Shown piece by piece: positions 9,060-19,465 of a DNA stretch of 64,000 bases. Made by a program: the position numbers and the translations under genes. The stretch lies in IMG/VR virus record IMGVR_UViG_3300028581_000026, positions 1 through 64,000 of that record; one strand, 5' to 3'. The notes under the pieces were generated by a model. It saw only the letters and a program-made list of their open reading frames with translations. It did not search any database and had not been told where the DNA came from. Each line of letters opens with the position of its first letter. The first letter of the stretch is position 1. The DNA comes from a virus.

Positions 9060-9620
9060 TTAATATATATAATTTCCAACCCATTCAAATTTAGTTTCCA
9101 TTTTAAATTCAAAACCAATTGGATATTTTGTTAAGGTTTTTAACTCCTGTTCATAAAACCATTCTTGTCTTTCCTCGTAGTCCATATCTTTCCAATTTGA
9201 TGGATAATTTTCTTCATATCCATTTCTATCAGAACCATTATATCTTTCTCTAAGTTCCCAACCCCTTGAAAATATTTTCCGTAAATCTTCTTCTGTGTAT
9301 TTGTATTTCTCCTTGGCTTTCTTATAACCAATCATAAGAATATTGGAAATTGATTTGTTACAACTTTCGGAAATTGATTTCTCATATTCATCTTCTTGAA
9401 GTGGTGGAAGTAGTGGAATGTTTTTCAAATTATTGGCACTTAATGGTAAATGTGCCAATATTTTTTTATGGACTAGGGGATGTATATCGTTTAATGTGTC
9501 AATCTGTTCCAATCCATTTGTACCATCCACATAAGTTTCCAATACTATATCCCCTTCTTTAATTTCTGAATCATCCACAACAAGTAGATAGTTTTCTGTT
9601 TTAATTATATCGTATTTCAT
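9060..9620 (-). CDS. Hypothetical protein
   Basis: IIKTENYLLVVDDSEIKEGD...KKILAHLPL...KYTEEDLR. Confidence 0.75.
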   Translation of the reverse strand: MKYDIIKTENYLLVVDDSEIKEGDIVLETYVDGTNGLEQIDTLNDIHPLVHKKILAHLPLSANNLKNIPLLPPLQEDEYEKSISESCNKSISNILMIGYKKAKEKYKYTEEDLRKIFSRGWELRERYNGSDRNGYEENYPSNWKDMDYEERQEWFYEQELKTLTKYPIGFEFKMETKFEWVGNYIY

Positions 9621-9621
9621 A

Positions 9622-9774
9622 TTATTGTTTTTTTAAATCAATTAATAATAATTTACCAATAACAAAACCAAGACCCATAATAAGAGTCTCCTGATAACCA
9701 CATAATTTAACACATAATATTACTATTGATACACCTAATATCATAGCTAAAACATAAATTAATAATTCTTTCAT
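9622..9774 (-). CDS. Small membrane protein (50 aa)
   Basis: MKELLIYVLAMILGVSIVILCVKLCGYQETLIMGLGFVIGKLLLIDLKKQ; two hydrophobic segments; downstream of TAnnTTTG. Confidence 0.55.
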   Translation of the reverse strand: MKELLIYVLAMILGVSIVILCVKLCGYQETLIMGLGFVIGKLLLIDLKKQ

Positions 9775-9796
9775 AATTTTTGATTTTAATTTTAAA

Positions 9797-9804
9797 CAAA
9801 GATA
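9797..9804 (-). promoter_or_regulatory. Bacteroidota-type -7 promoter element TAnnTTTG
   Basis: Minus strand TATCTTTG heading the 4.9-9.8 kb operon. Confidence 0.55.
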
Positions 9805-9837
9805 GGTAATTGGTTTTATAATTTAAAATGTTTGGGG

Positions 9838-9845
9838 ATATTTAT
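9838..9845 (+). promoter_or_regulatory. ATATTTAT motif (candidate phage late promoter)
   Basis: 11 nt before the ATG of leader-bearing gene 9857. Confidence 0.45.
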
Positions 9846-9856
9846 TTTAAAAAAGA

Positions 9857-10222
9857 ATGAAAAGAATTGTTAGATTAACTGAACAAGATTTGGTTAGATT
9901 GGTGAAGAGGGTAATCAATGAAGATGACGATGAGAGTAAATTAATTGATTTATTAAGAAGTAAGAATATTAATAATGTTAAACTTGGATTAATGCTTTAT
10001 GATTCTCAGGATATTGGTGTTAAAAAGGATGTGGTTGATAAAGCTAAAGCAAATGTGTTAAGTATGTATCTAATTAATTTATCAGATTTAGAGGTAAATA
10101 ATTTTGCTGATGAACTTGGTTTTGGTGATTGGTTTAAAGGTAAAGATATTGACAGTTTAACCAAAAAAATTGTGAGATTTGGACATTGGGATAAAATAAA
10201 GATAAAAATATTATATTCGTGA
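9857..10222 (+). CDS. Hypothetical protein with shared leader
   Basis: MKRIVRLTEQDLVRLVKRVINED. Confidence 0.75.
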   Translation: MKRIVRLTEQDLVRLVKRVINEDDDESKLIDLLRSKNINNVKLGLMLYDSQDIGVKKDVVDKAKANVLSMYLINLSDLEVNNFADELGFGDWFKGKDIDSLTKKIVRFGHWDKIKIKILYS

Positions 10223-10590
10223 TTTTTATCAAAGATAACGAGCGTGATAAAATAATTAGAGAAATAAGAAGACGAGTTAAGGAACACGATAATAGAAAAT
10301 CAAAATACGATAAATACTTTGCTGAAAAGAATACAAATATTAGTAAGGGTAAAGAATTTGTAAGTAAAAAAACTGATAGTGGGATTAGTTTACATTGGGA
10401 TCGATATGATAATCAATATCTTATATATTTCCCAGAAAATGAAGTAGATACTCAAATATTACCTTTTGGTGATAGTGATACTGATTTAAGATTGGGTGAA
10501 GAAATTTTTGAACTTATTAAAACTTTGGAAGAAAATGGAATGTCATCTGAAAAACTATATAGATATGCAGAAATAGTAAAAAACAAATAA
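10219..10590 (+). CDS. Hypothetical protein
   Basis: GTGA overlap with the upstream stop; followed by a terminator. Confidence 0.6.
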   Translation: MIFIKDNERDKIIREIRRRVKEHDNRKSKYDKYFAEKNTNISKGKEFVSKKTDSGISLHWDRYDNQYLIYFPENEVDTQILPFGDSDTDLRLGEEIFELIKTLEENGMSSEKLYRYAEIVKNK

Positions 10591-10597
10591 CAACAAG

Positions 10598-10630
10598 AAA
10601 CACCCACCCTTTTGAGTGGGGTTTTTTATT
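10598..10630. terminator. Bidirectional intrinsic terminator
   Basis: cccac-N7-gtggg stem with T tract between convergent genes. Confidence 0.6.
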
Positions 10631-10698
10631 ATTAAAACTTATGACTCACCCCCAATGAAAATCCAATACCAGGATTAGTTTCAACTTTATATGGTTGG

Positions 10699-13600
10699 TT
10701 AAATTTCATTTAATCTATCTGTCAGTCTATCATTGTACAACTCTTCATCTATATCCGCATACCAATAATCATAAAAGCTTGGTATTGGTTTATCAATAGA
10801 ACCCTCATCAAGTAAAGCACCAAAAAGACATTTGGGGTCATCATTACAGTCTTCATAAGTTTCAAAATAATCATTAATATCATTATCACTAAAGAGGTCT
10901 TTTAAATCAATTTGCATTTTGATTTTCTCACTACTAAATTCAAATACATTACCCAATTTATTTAAAGCGGTTTCTAATGCGTCTCTCAAATATTGAGCAT
11001 ATTCATCACTTTCAATATCACTCATAGCGTCATTAATTGCATTTTTAATTTCGTCAGTGTCATCATATTGTTCAATCATTTCTTTCAAACTAATATTCTC
11101 ATCAGTTTCATTAATCATTTCTCTGATTTTACTTTCGTTATCGGAATCAACATAATATAAATTATCTTTCCAACTACCACCATCACCTCGATACATATCC
11201 CAAACATCATCACTCATTATTTTTTCATAGTAATATACTTTTCTTTTCGCATCATTTCCTGCTGGAGTTTTAAAAATATATGAACTATAATGATAATCAC
11301 CTCCCAAATAATAACCAATATCACTTGAGTCAAATTCTATTGTAAATGTTGTAACAAATAGTTTCGCTTCAATAATACCCATTTGGGCTAACTTACTTTG
11401 CAAACTTCTTCTGTTGAATAGTTTAGGTCTTTCATTGTAAAGTTTTCTTATTGTTTCGTTAGGTAAATCTGAAATTTTGAAATCTTGGTTTGATGCGTAT
11501 TCCGATCCAAAACCTTGGATTAAATAATCACCAGCTTCTCTAACATCAAATAATGGTAAAATATATTTGTGATATTCTTCTTTTGGTTTTGAATTTTTAG
11601 GACCTTTTAACTAATATAATATACCATCTGTTCCTATAGATGCTGTTAAATGACTTCTGTTTATTTTAAATTTCCCACCTGGTAACTTTTTATCACTTCT
11701 TAATGAATATAGATATCCATATGAACTTCTTCCGCAATGTCCCATTCTTTGACATTCTTCATCTGAATTGTTTGTTTCTAGGTCAACCCAATAATATCCT
11801 TCACCATCTTTTCTAAAATCAATAATGATTGGGTGGGTTTCTTCATAATTGATTGCACCATCACCAATATTTAAACTATCGTGCCATATCTTTGCGTCTG
11901 TAATTATATCAGTTATACTAGTTTCTTTGTCGTAGTGACTTGTAATTTTATTATCTAAACCTCCAACACTTTTTGGCGCTCGATTATAATCCATTATTGA
12001 TACTAAAACCGGTATTATTCTTTGGGGATGTAATTCATTTATTTTCTTCTTAGCTGCATTTAAAACATCCGCTTTAGTCATACCATAATTAATTAAATCG
12101 ATATTGTTATCATAGTACATTTTAAGATATTTGTTAGCAATCCAAACAGAAGTTTTTCCACACACTCGGTCGAATGTTTCTGCTAATCCTGGTTTCATCC
12201 CAATTTTTTCAGTTAAGATTTTTAATCTCTCCTCTTGTTTATCTTCAGTTAATAATCCAAAATTTTCATTATATTCTTTCAAAATGTTTATAACATCTCT
12301 ATCACTATAATTTTCATTAATTGAGTTGCTTTTGAGCTTTCTGTCTAAAATCTTTCTAAGATAAAAATTGAATTGATTTCTATCTAAATCTATTGTTGGA
12401 TAAGACCAAGTTGGTAAATCAATTAGTTTATTATCTAATAATCCATAAAATACATCTGCAACAAGATAACCATCTTGATCAGAGTTCATTTCAAATTCTT
12501 GAAACACTTGTAATACAGTATCACTATTAACATTAACTAGGTTTGTTAGGTCACCTTCTATTATTATAGCTTCATCCCTTTGTTCATCATTAACATACCC
12601 ATAATGTTCTAAAGTTACAATCAATGAATCTTTATATTCTTCTCTTGCCGATTCTAACATAGTTTGTGTGGTAGCCTGTTCTATAGCATATGATATGTCC
12701 TCACGTATATCATATGATTCAATCATATCATTTATACTACCTTCAACAAATTCTTTGTTTTCTTTTTTAGCTAATATTTTTAAGAGTTCAATTATTTTAT
12801 TTTTATTTTCATCTCTAATATATTCTGTTGCTTCAAACCAATGTATAAAATCCAAATTATCAATTACAAAATCATTAAATTGTTCAAAATAATTCTCATT
12901 GTGAAAGGTTTTTAATATAACTTCAGATAAGTAAACATCTCTTTTAGTGTTATAATAATTATTTGAAATCTGTTGATACAATTTTGTGTCATTTTTAATT
13001 AAAGTATGAACTATACTATAATCAAAATTAATATAATATTCTGTATTAAAATTAAATCTACTTGTAACTCCAAGTTCTTGTAATTTTTTATAATCATTAA
13101 CTCCAGTATATAAATCAGGTCTTTCTTTGTATAATTCTAAAAATTCATTATCTGTTAAGTCAGTTAATTTGAAGTCATTCCCAGTCACATATTCTTTACC
13201 AAAATAATTAATGAAATATCCCCCATCATCTAATTTAAGTTGTAAAAGTGGTATGATATATTTGTGATATTCTGATTTTGGTTTGGAGTTATTCTTTCCT
13301 TTTAATTGATATACTATACCATCACCATTAATTGCTGCGGTTAAATGACTATCATTTAGTGTATATTTTTTTCCTGGTGCGTATTTGTAACTTCTTAAAG
13401 AATATAATGTACCTTTATCACTTCTACCACAATGTGACATTCTATTGCATTCATCTTCTGAATAATCTCCTTTTAGGTCAATCCAATAATATCCTATCCC
13501 ATTTTCACGAAAATCTAATCCTGGTATAATATTTTCTTCTTTTTCTTTGTAATTATGTTTACCACTATTTTTTTCCCATTCTGTTGCTAAGATTCTAATA

Positions 13601-13971
13601 TCCTCCAAATTTAATTTTTCTAATGATTTTGTTTTTCCACTTAATTCGTATGTAATATAATCTTTTATCATCATGTATTGTCTGTTTATTTCTTCATTTT
13701 GTAAATCAATGTCAGATAACGCGCTTTTAACTGTTGGATATGTATTTGGCATCAATATTTTAGAATAATATTCACCAATTTTATTAGCCATAAAAATTGT
13801 GTTGGATTTGAATATACTTTCAAATAGTTTGGCCTTGTCTTCTGACATTCCAAATACTTTAACCAAAGTATCAACATTTTTGGCTTCAGTTATTAAAGTT
13901 CCAAACTTGTCATTATATTCTTTAAGAAGTCTGACAATGCTATTTTCGTAATATTGTTCTTTTAGTTTCAT
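10699..13971 (-). CDS. Tandem two-unit PcfJ-like domain protein (1090 aa if the in-frame TAG at 11611-11613 is read through)
   Basis: ORFs 11611..13971 and 10699..11403 are in one frame; GILY*LKGPKNSKPKEEYHKYILP aligns with paralog GILFQLKGPKNSKPKEEYHPYILP. Confidence 0.75.
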
Positions 13972-13974
13972 ATT

Positions 13975-15801
13975 TTATCTATCTTCAAGTTCATTTAATA
14001 TTTCATTTAACATTTCATTGAATCTATCGTTATCCAATTCAATGGTGTTTAAATCTGGTTTATTCCAATATGGTTTTGGGATAATGTATTCTTGTACTAA
14101 TTTATCAAATACCATATCAACATAAATTTCATCAAAGTCATATTCAACATCATCATATGCTTTTAAAACCTCTGGATTGCCCACATCAACCAATTCGGCT
14201 AAATCACCAACTATAGTAATATCATTTTTACCAAATATAATATGTCCATTATAGTAGTCTTCAACATATTTGTTAAGTGTATTTTTTAATGATTCTTTAA
14301 ATAAACCAAGACCTTTATCCACTAACAATTGTCTTTGGATGTCATATAAATAATACAATATACTCTCACCCATTTCAGTATCAATTAATAATTCTGAGAG
14401 TGGTTTGTTTTCATATTTTATTTTATCTTCCTCACTAGCACCTTGAACATTTACAATATCGTCAATAATCATTCTTTTCATCTGACTTTTAAGACCATCA
14501 TAAACATAATTATTTAATATATTTTCAATTCTGTATAATTCCGATTGTCTATTTGATATAGTCCCTGGTGAATAATCGTGATGAATGTCAATGTAAGATG
14601 CCATATCTTCATAATCATTTAACACTACTATTTCAGATAACATAATTTGTCTCCTACTACCATATCCTGTTCTATCGTAAGCAACTTCATCCCCATAAAT
14701 GTAGTAAGTAAGTATTTCAGCCCCTATTTCAATTTGAAATGCTGTTGGTAAATCTTCCGTTTCAATTTCAATACCTAATTCCTTCATTTTTTCTTTTAAC
14801 CTACGATTACCTTTGAATATATCCGGTCTTTTTGAATAAATCGCTTTCAAGGTTTCTAGTGGTAAATCTTCCAATCTAAAATCTTGTTGTGAAGCATATT
14901 CTTTACCAAATCCAGTTATGAAATATTCATCACCGTCATCTATCATATCAAACAATGGTAAAATATATGGGTGATATTCTTCTTTTGGTTTGGAATTCTT
15001 TGGTCCTTTTAATTGAAATAATATACCATCGTCCCCAATTGCTGCGGTTAAATGACTTTTGTTTAATTTTATGTCAGTTCCTGGATATAATCTGTAACTT
15101 CTTAATGAGAGTAATCTACCTTTGGAACTTCTCCCACAATGCCCCATTCTTTCACATTCTTCTGGGGAGTTATATGTTTCCAAATCTGCCCAATAATATC
15201 CTATACCATTTTGATTACGGAAATCAAGAATAATTGGATGTTTTTCTTCATAATCCATTTTATCGTCACCGATATTTAAGTTTTTGTGCCAATCTTGTGA
15301 TAGTCTGTATATTTCACTAAAATTTTCATTCTTAACACTTTCTATATTATTCTCTAGACCACCAATACTTCTTGGTGCTCTAACATAATCCATTATTGAT
15401 GTTAGGTTTTCTCTAGCCCAATTTGGAAAGACTTTAGACATTTCTCTTTTTGCTACTACTAATATTTCACTATCAGTAACTTCTTTTTCCGAAACACTTC
15501 TAAGATATTTAAAACTAGATTTCAGTAATGTGTTAGCTAATTGTATTGCTAATTTTTTCCCCACCTCATTGAATACCTTAGCGGTTTCGGGATTTAATCC
15601 AAGTTTTTTAACTAGAGTATTTATTCTTTCCTCTTCCTTTTTATCCTTGTTCTCATTTAATAAGTCATACTTTGAGTTATATTCCCTCAATAAATTTATT
15701 ACTTGGATATCTCTGTTTTCCTTAATCAATTTTGGTCCAAACTTATTATTATATTCTCTTAAAAGTTCAATTATCTTCTTATCTTGTGTTATTTTCCTCA
15801 T
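13975..15801 (-). CDS. PcfJ-like domain protein, paralog of both units of 10699..13971
   Basis: GYYWADL...EECERMGHCGRS...LSLRS...SHLTAAI...QLKGPKNSKPK. Confidence 0.8.
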   Translation of the reverse strand: MRKITQDKKIIELLREYNNKFGPKLIKENRDIQVINLLREYNSKYDLLNENKDKKEEERINTLVKKLGLNPETAKVFNEVGKKLAIQLANTLLKSSFKYLRSVSEKEVTDSEILVVAKREMSKVFPNWARENLTSIMDYVRAPRSIGGLENNIESVKNENFSEIYRLSQDWHKNLNIGDDKMDYEEKHPIILDFRNQNGIGYYWADLETYNSPEECERMGHCGRSSKGRLLSLRSYRLYPGTDIKLNKSHLTAAIGDDGILFQLKGPKNSKPKEEYHPYILPLFDMIDDGDEYFITGFGKEYASQQDFRLEDLPLETLKAIYSKRPDIFKGNRRLKEKMKELGIEIETEDLPTAFQIEIGAEILTYYIYGDEVAYDRTGYGSRRQIMLSEIVVLNDYEDMASYIDIHHDYSPGTISNRQSELYRIENILNNYVYDGLKSQMKRMIIDDIVNVQGASEEDKIKYENKPLSELLIDTEMGESILYYLYDIQRQLLVDKGLGLFKESLKNTLNKYVEDYYNGHIIFGKNDITIVGDLAELVDVGNPEVLKAYDDVEYDFDEIYVDMVFDKLVQEYIIPKPYWNKPDLNTIELDNDRFNEMLNEILNELEDR

Positions 15802-15819
15802 AATTGGTTATATATTAAT

Positions 15820-15850
15820 ATAAATATTTAACTTATCATCTTATATTTAT
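15820..15850. promoter_or_regulatory. Divergent pair of ATATTTAT motifs
   Basis: Minus copy 15820-15827 before 15801; plus copy 15843-15850 before 15866. Confidence 0.45.
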
Positions 15851-15865
15851 AATATAAAAAAAATA

Positions 15866-16537
15866 ATGAAACGAAAAGCAGATTCACTACTTGATTTTTA
15901 CTTTTATAAGTACTTAAAGGGTGGTGAAAAACAAATAGACTTGAATGGTTTTATTCTAACCCCAACATTTGATGAAGAAGAACAAAGAATAATTTGGATT
16001 CCTAGTAACCCAAATAAATTATCTTTTGCCAAATATACATTGTCATCCCATGTTGAAGAACCACTATTCAAGTTTTCTAAAATGGCTTATGACCCTGATT
16101 TTTTTGCCGATGTAGTGGCAAGACAACAAATTGATGTTGTACAGAAACTTTTTATATCACCAAAAGATTATGACATTTTTATGGATGAATTAAAAAAATT
16201 GGAGTTGTTTAGTTTTGAAAATTTTGAATTCAAGACCAAAGTATTAGATTTAGAGATTAAAAATGATGGTGGGGATGAAATGGACTTCTATGTTGATTTT
16301 GAAATATCAAACCCCATTGATTCCGAAACTGGTGAGAAAATAACTTTTACTGAATTAAGTGAAAGAATGTATGGTTTGAATGAAGATGACTCTTTTGTTG
16401 ATAAGATTGATATTTGGTTTCTTCAGTTTTTTGATTTTCTTTTAAAGGAACGTCCAAGTCTTGTGTGTCGTGATACAACTCCAAATTATTATCCAAATTT
16501 TTTAATGAAAAATGGTAGACCAATTAAATATTGGTAA
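15866..16537 (+). CDS. Hypothetical protein
   Basis: 223-aa ORF abutting the convergent gene. Confidence 0.75.
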   Translation: MKRKADSLLDFYFYKYLKGGEKQIDLNGFILTPTFDEEEQRIIWIPSNPNKLSFAKYTLSSHVEEPLFKFSKMAYDPDFFADVVARQQIDVVQKLFISPKDYDIFMDELKKLELFSFENFEFKTKVLDLEIKNDGGDEMDFYVDFEISNPIDSETGEKITFTELSERMYGLNEDDSFVDKIDIWFLQFFDFLLKERPSLVCRDTTPNYYPNFLMKNGRPIKYW

Positions 16538-17578
16538 TTATAGGTATTCTTTTAAATAGGAATTAAGGTTTTGTTTAAGTGAAGCATAGTCTGGGTAATC
16601 TGGTATTCTAAAACTTAGACGCTCCCAAATACTACAACTAAATAAACCTTTAATCAAGTAATCATAACTTCCATAGTTAAAAACACTATCACAATGATCT
16701 GCTTCGGTTACAAATTGTTTTATTGTTTTTGGTAGTGATTTAGTTACCTTAAATTTGGTATATTTTTTTTTGTTATAATAAAATTCCTCACCATATTCGT
16801 TACCAGGGTCAATAACACCAAATTCTAATTCTTCCCATACATTGTTACTTACTTCATCATAATAAGTCTCATTATATGCACTATCATACATTGAGTGTAG
16901 TTTTTCGGCTACATCATCCAAATAATTATCAAAAAGAAAAGTCATAGTATCATTGTCACTGAATAAATCCATAACATTCTCGTTTGTAATATAAAATTCA
17001 TAATCACCATTTTCATCCTCAGTCCCAATTCTTTCAATTACATCAGTTACATTTTTAATTGGCACGCCTATTAAATCTTTTCCGTAATTTTCAACTATTC
17101 TATTGCGTAAATATTGTTTGTTTTCATTGGTTAATTCATCATAAACATTATCCATTAAATCAATATATTTCCAATCAGTAGTGAATATTTCATCATAATC
17201 TTCCTTGAATACTCTTTTTGCCACATCATATGAACTTACATCTCTACCACTATCACTAAAATAATCAGCCATATCTTCTTTGTCTCTAACTTCATAATAA
17301 TAATCCTTACCATCAAAACTAATATCACTAAAACTATTACCTATAGTTTCTATTGCATTTTTATAAGTGCTTTCATCATTCAAAAGATATGTCCAGATTT
17401 TGTTTTCAACCTCAGTATCATCCATTAGTTGGTATTGGTCAAAATCAATATATTGTATTACATCAGAATTGAACAATACATCTAATAATTCTTCAATATC
17501 AATACCCATCATTTTAGCAATGGCCTCAATACCTTTGTCATTAACTAAATCAACTATCTTTTGTAATTTGGGTGTCAT
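16538..17578 (-). CDS. Acidic hypothetical protein
   Basis: 346-aa ORF whose ATG directly follows the in-frame TAG of 17579..18025. Confidence 0.75.
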   Translation of the reverse strand: MTPKLQKIVDLVNDKGIEAIAKMMGIDIEELLDVLFNSDVIQYIDFDQYQLMDDTEVENKIWTYLLNDESTYKNAIETIGNSFSDISFDGKDYYYEVRDKEDMADYFSDSGRDVSSYDVAKRVFKEDYDEIFTTDWKYIDLMDNVYDELTNENKQYLRNRIVENYGKDLIGVPIKNVTDVIERIGTEDENGDYEFYITNENVMDLFSDNDTMTFLFDNYLDDVAEKLHSMYDSAYNETYYDEVSNNVWEELEFGVIDPGNEYGEEFYYNKKKYTKFKVTKSLPKTIKQFVTEADHCDSVFNYGSYDYLIKGLFSCSIWERLSFRIPDYPDYASLKQNLNSYLKEYL

Positions 17579-18025
17579 CTATTTTAAGAATTTTAACTTA
17601 TATAAAGTTTGGTTAAGTAAAGTACACACATTATCAACTTCGTTCTGAAACCAAGTATCATCACAACAATCCCTTAATTCTGTTACTTTGTCACAAGTCT
17701 TTTTAAGGAAATTTATTGATGTTTCAACTCCTTTATATTCAACCAAAGGATAACTCTTATAACCTTTAACAATTCCATATTTGCCTTGATATGATTCAAC
17801 AATCGTATCAACTAATGGAACAATACCATCATAATATCCTTGTAAGGCGATGTGTTCTGCGTATGATTCTGTCTGTAAATGAAATGTGTGAGTTTGTGTA
17901 CGAGAATGAAATAACAATGAAATCATCTCAGTAATATCAGAATTTGATTCTTTCTCATCTTGTTCCAAGAATAACCCTCTTTTCTTGGCCTCTTCCATAA
18001 CCGTTTTTTTAATTCTGTCTTCCAT
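17579..18025 (-). CDS. Ferritin/Dps-like four-helix phage protein (DUF5856-like)
   Basis: HSRTQTHTFHLQT-SYAEHIALQGYYD...ESYQGKYG...QN...TLYKLKFLK. Confidence 0.75.
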   Translation of the reverse strand: MEDRIKKTVMEEAKKRGLFLEQDEKESNSDITEMISLLFHSRTQTHTFHLQTESYAEHIALQGYYDGIVPLVDTIVESYQGKYGIVKGYKSYPLVEYKGVETSINFLKKTCDKVTELRDCCDDTWFQNEVDNVCTLLNQTLYKLKFLK

Positions 18026-18057
18026 AATTTTTTATTTATAAATATAACTAAATAACG

Positions 18058-18085
18058 AAAAAAGCAGACAATAATGTCTCCCTTT
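18058..18085 (-). terminator. Intrinsic terminator
   Basis: Minus strand agac-attatt-gtct stem followed by tttttt. Confidence 0.45.
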
Positions 18086-18136
18086 TATTAGGACCGAATG
18101 AATCGGACTCCACCACCTTGTTTGTGAACAAGGAAA

Positions 18137-18265
18137 CTACTTGTGGCAAGAACTATCTTGTTCAACCTTGTGACAGGTTTTTTCAGCTTTCTTACAACAA
18201 CTCTTCTTTGCTGGACAGCAAGATGCCATAAGTACCACAAACACACCAAATAAAAACAATCTCAT
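18137..18265 (-). CDS. Small Cys/His-rich predicted lipoprotein (42 aa)
   Basis: MRLFLFGVFVVLMAS|CCPAKKSCCKKAEKTCHKVEQDSSCHK; lipobox-like LMASC; not in ORF track. Confidence 0.6.
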   Translation of the reverse strand: MRLFLFGVFVVLMASCCPAKKSCCKKAEKTCHKVEQDSSCHK

Positions 18266-18283
18266 ATTATAACAATTTAAGGT

Positions 18284-18559
18284 TTATTTTGTGACCAGAG
18301 CTTCAATCTTTGATTTGACAATCTCCGTCATATCATAAGTATTTACACCAGTCGTAATTATTGAATCAACTAACTTATCATAGGGAATATGAATTAAAAA
18401 GTCAACTCCATTGAAGAATGTTAAGGAATTTTTAAGTTCCAATGATCCGTGAATCATCTTGAGAAATAGTTTGAACTGAACATCATTGATGAAGTTCTCA
18501 TTAAGGATTGTTCCGAATTTTTCGTTAACAATTTTGATGTTATAAGCAGTTGTGTTCAT
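18284..18559 (-). CDS. Hypothetical protein
   Basis: 91-aa ORF in operon. Confidence 0.75.
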   Translation of the reverse strand: MNTTAYNIKIVNEKFGTILNENFINDVQFKLFLKMIHGSLELKNSLTFFNGVDFLIHIPYDKLVDSIITTGVNTYDMTEIVKSKIEALVTK

Positions 18560-18570
18560 TTGTTTGGATT

Positions 18571-18831
18571 TTATTCAGTAATAATGTTTGATATATTCTT
18601 TTCATTGAAGTTTGATGCAAACTCCATTACTTCTTCTAAAGTTTTCCAAGTTGTTACAGTCCATAGAGAGTTCCAAGTTGCATTATCTTTCTTTCTTGTT
18701 GCCAAGATATACCAACTCAAATTAAGTCTCTCAATAGAGATATAAAAACCATTCTTTCTACAATTCCAAGATAATGTTCTGTTGTCCATTTTCTGAGTGA
18801 ATGTTGTCTTGTTGAATACTTTCTTTTCCAT
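18571..18831 (-). CDS. Hypothetical protein
   Basis: TAATG coupling with the smpB stop. Confidence 0.65.
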   Translation of the reverse strand: MEKKVFNKTTFTQKMDNRTLSWNCRKNGFYISIERLNLSWYILATRKKDNATWNSLWTVTTWKTLEEVMEFASNFNEKNISNIITE

Positions 18832-19241
18832 TAGTTGTTTCTTTGAATGTCTCTTTGAATATCTCGTTCTTTAATCGTATTTCTTTTATCGTGGATTTTC
18901 TTCCCTTGTGCTAAAACAATCTCAACCTTAATTAAGTTCCGTTCATTGAAATAAATTTTTGTTGGAACAATTGTCAGACCATTGATTAATTTTGATTTCA
19001 ATCTTCTGAGTTGTGATTTCTTTAATAACAACTTTCTTTCTCGTTTTGGTTCCCCATTTGCCAAAGAAATTGAAATATTTTTAACAAAGAGTTCATCATC
19101 CTTGAAATAACAATATGTGTCGGTCAGGTTAACATTACCTAGTCGGATGGATTTAACTTCCATTCCGGTCAATACAATACCAGCCTCATATGTTTCCAAA
19201 AAGGTATATTCAAATCTAGTTTTTTTGTTTTCAATCTTCAT
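18831..19241 (-). CDS. smpB: SsrA-binding protein SmpB
   Basis: NKKTRFEY...YEAGIVLTGMEVKSIR...RERKLLLKK...LTIVP...KVEIVLAQGKKIHDKR; start set at ATG 19241. Confidence 0.92.
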   Translation of the reverse strand: MKIENKKTRFEYTFLETYEAGIVLTGMEVKSIRLGNVNLTDTYCYFKDDELFVKNISISLANGEPKRERKLLLKKSQLRRLKSKLINGLTIVPTKIYFNERNLIKVEIVLAQGKKIHDKRNTIKERDIQRDIQRNN

Positions 19242-19461
19242 CATCTTCATCATCTTCAACTCCCCAATTGGCTTCATAGAATTTGTCATTAACATACTTT
19301 TCCAATTGTTCCGCAACTTCCAAATATTTTTTTCTTAATTGGTGGAATTGTTCATCCTCTATTTCTTCAAAACTTGAGTAATGTTTGAAACAATAGTGGA
19401 ATCCTTCATCTCTCATTTTGGCGTCGAGATATGTCCAGTTTTCTGCTTCTTGTGCTTTCAT
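19231..19461 (-). CDS. Hypothetical protein
   Basis: EGFHYCFKHYSSFEEIEDEQFHQLRKKY motif. Confidence 0.7.
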   Translation of the reverse strand: MKAQEAENWTYLDAKMRDEGFHYCFKHYSSFEEIEDEQFHQLRKKYLEVAEQLEKYVNDKFYEANWGVEDDEDDED

Positions 19462-19465
19462 AATT

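Noticed and set aside
18090-18116. tmRNA/tRNA 3' end (...gactccacca) near smpB
   Set aside because: No TTCGA T-loop and no matching acceptor-stem 5' strand
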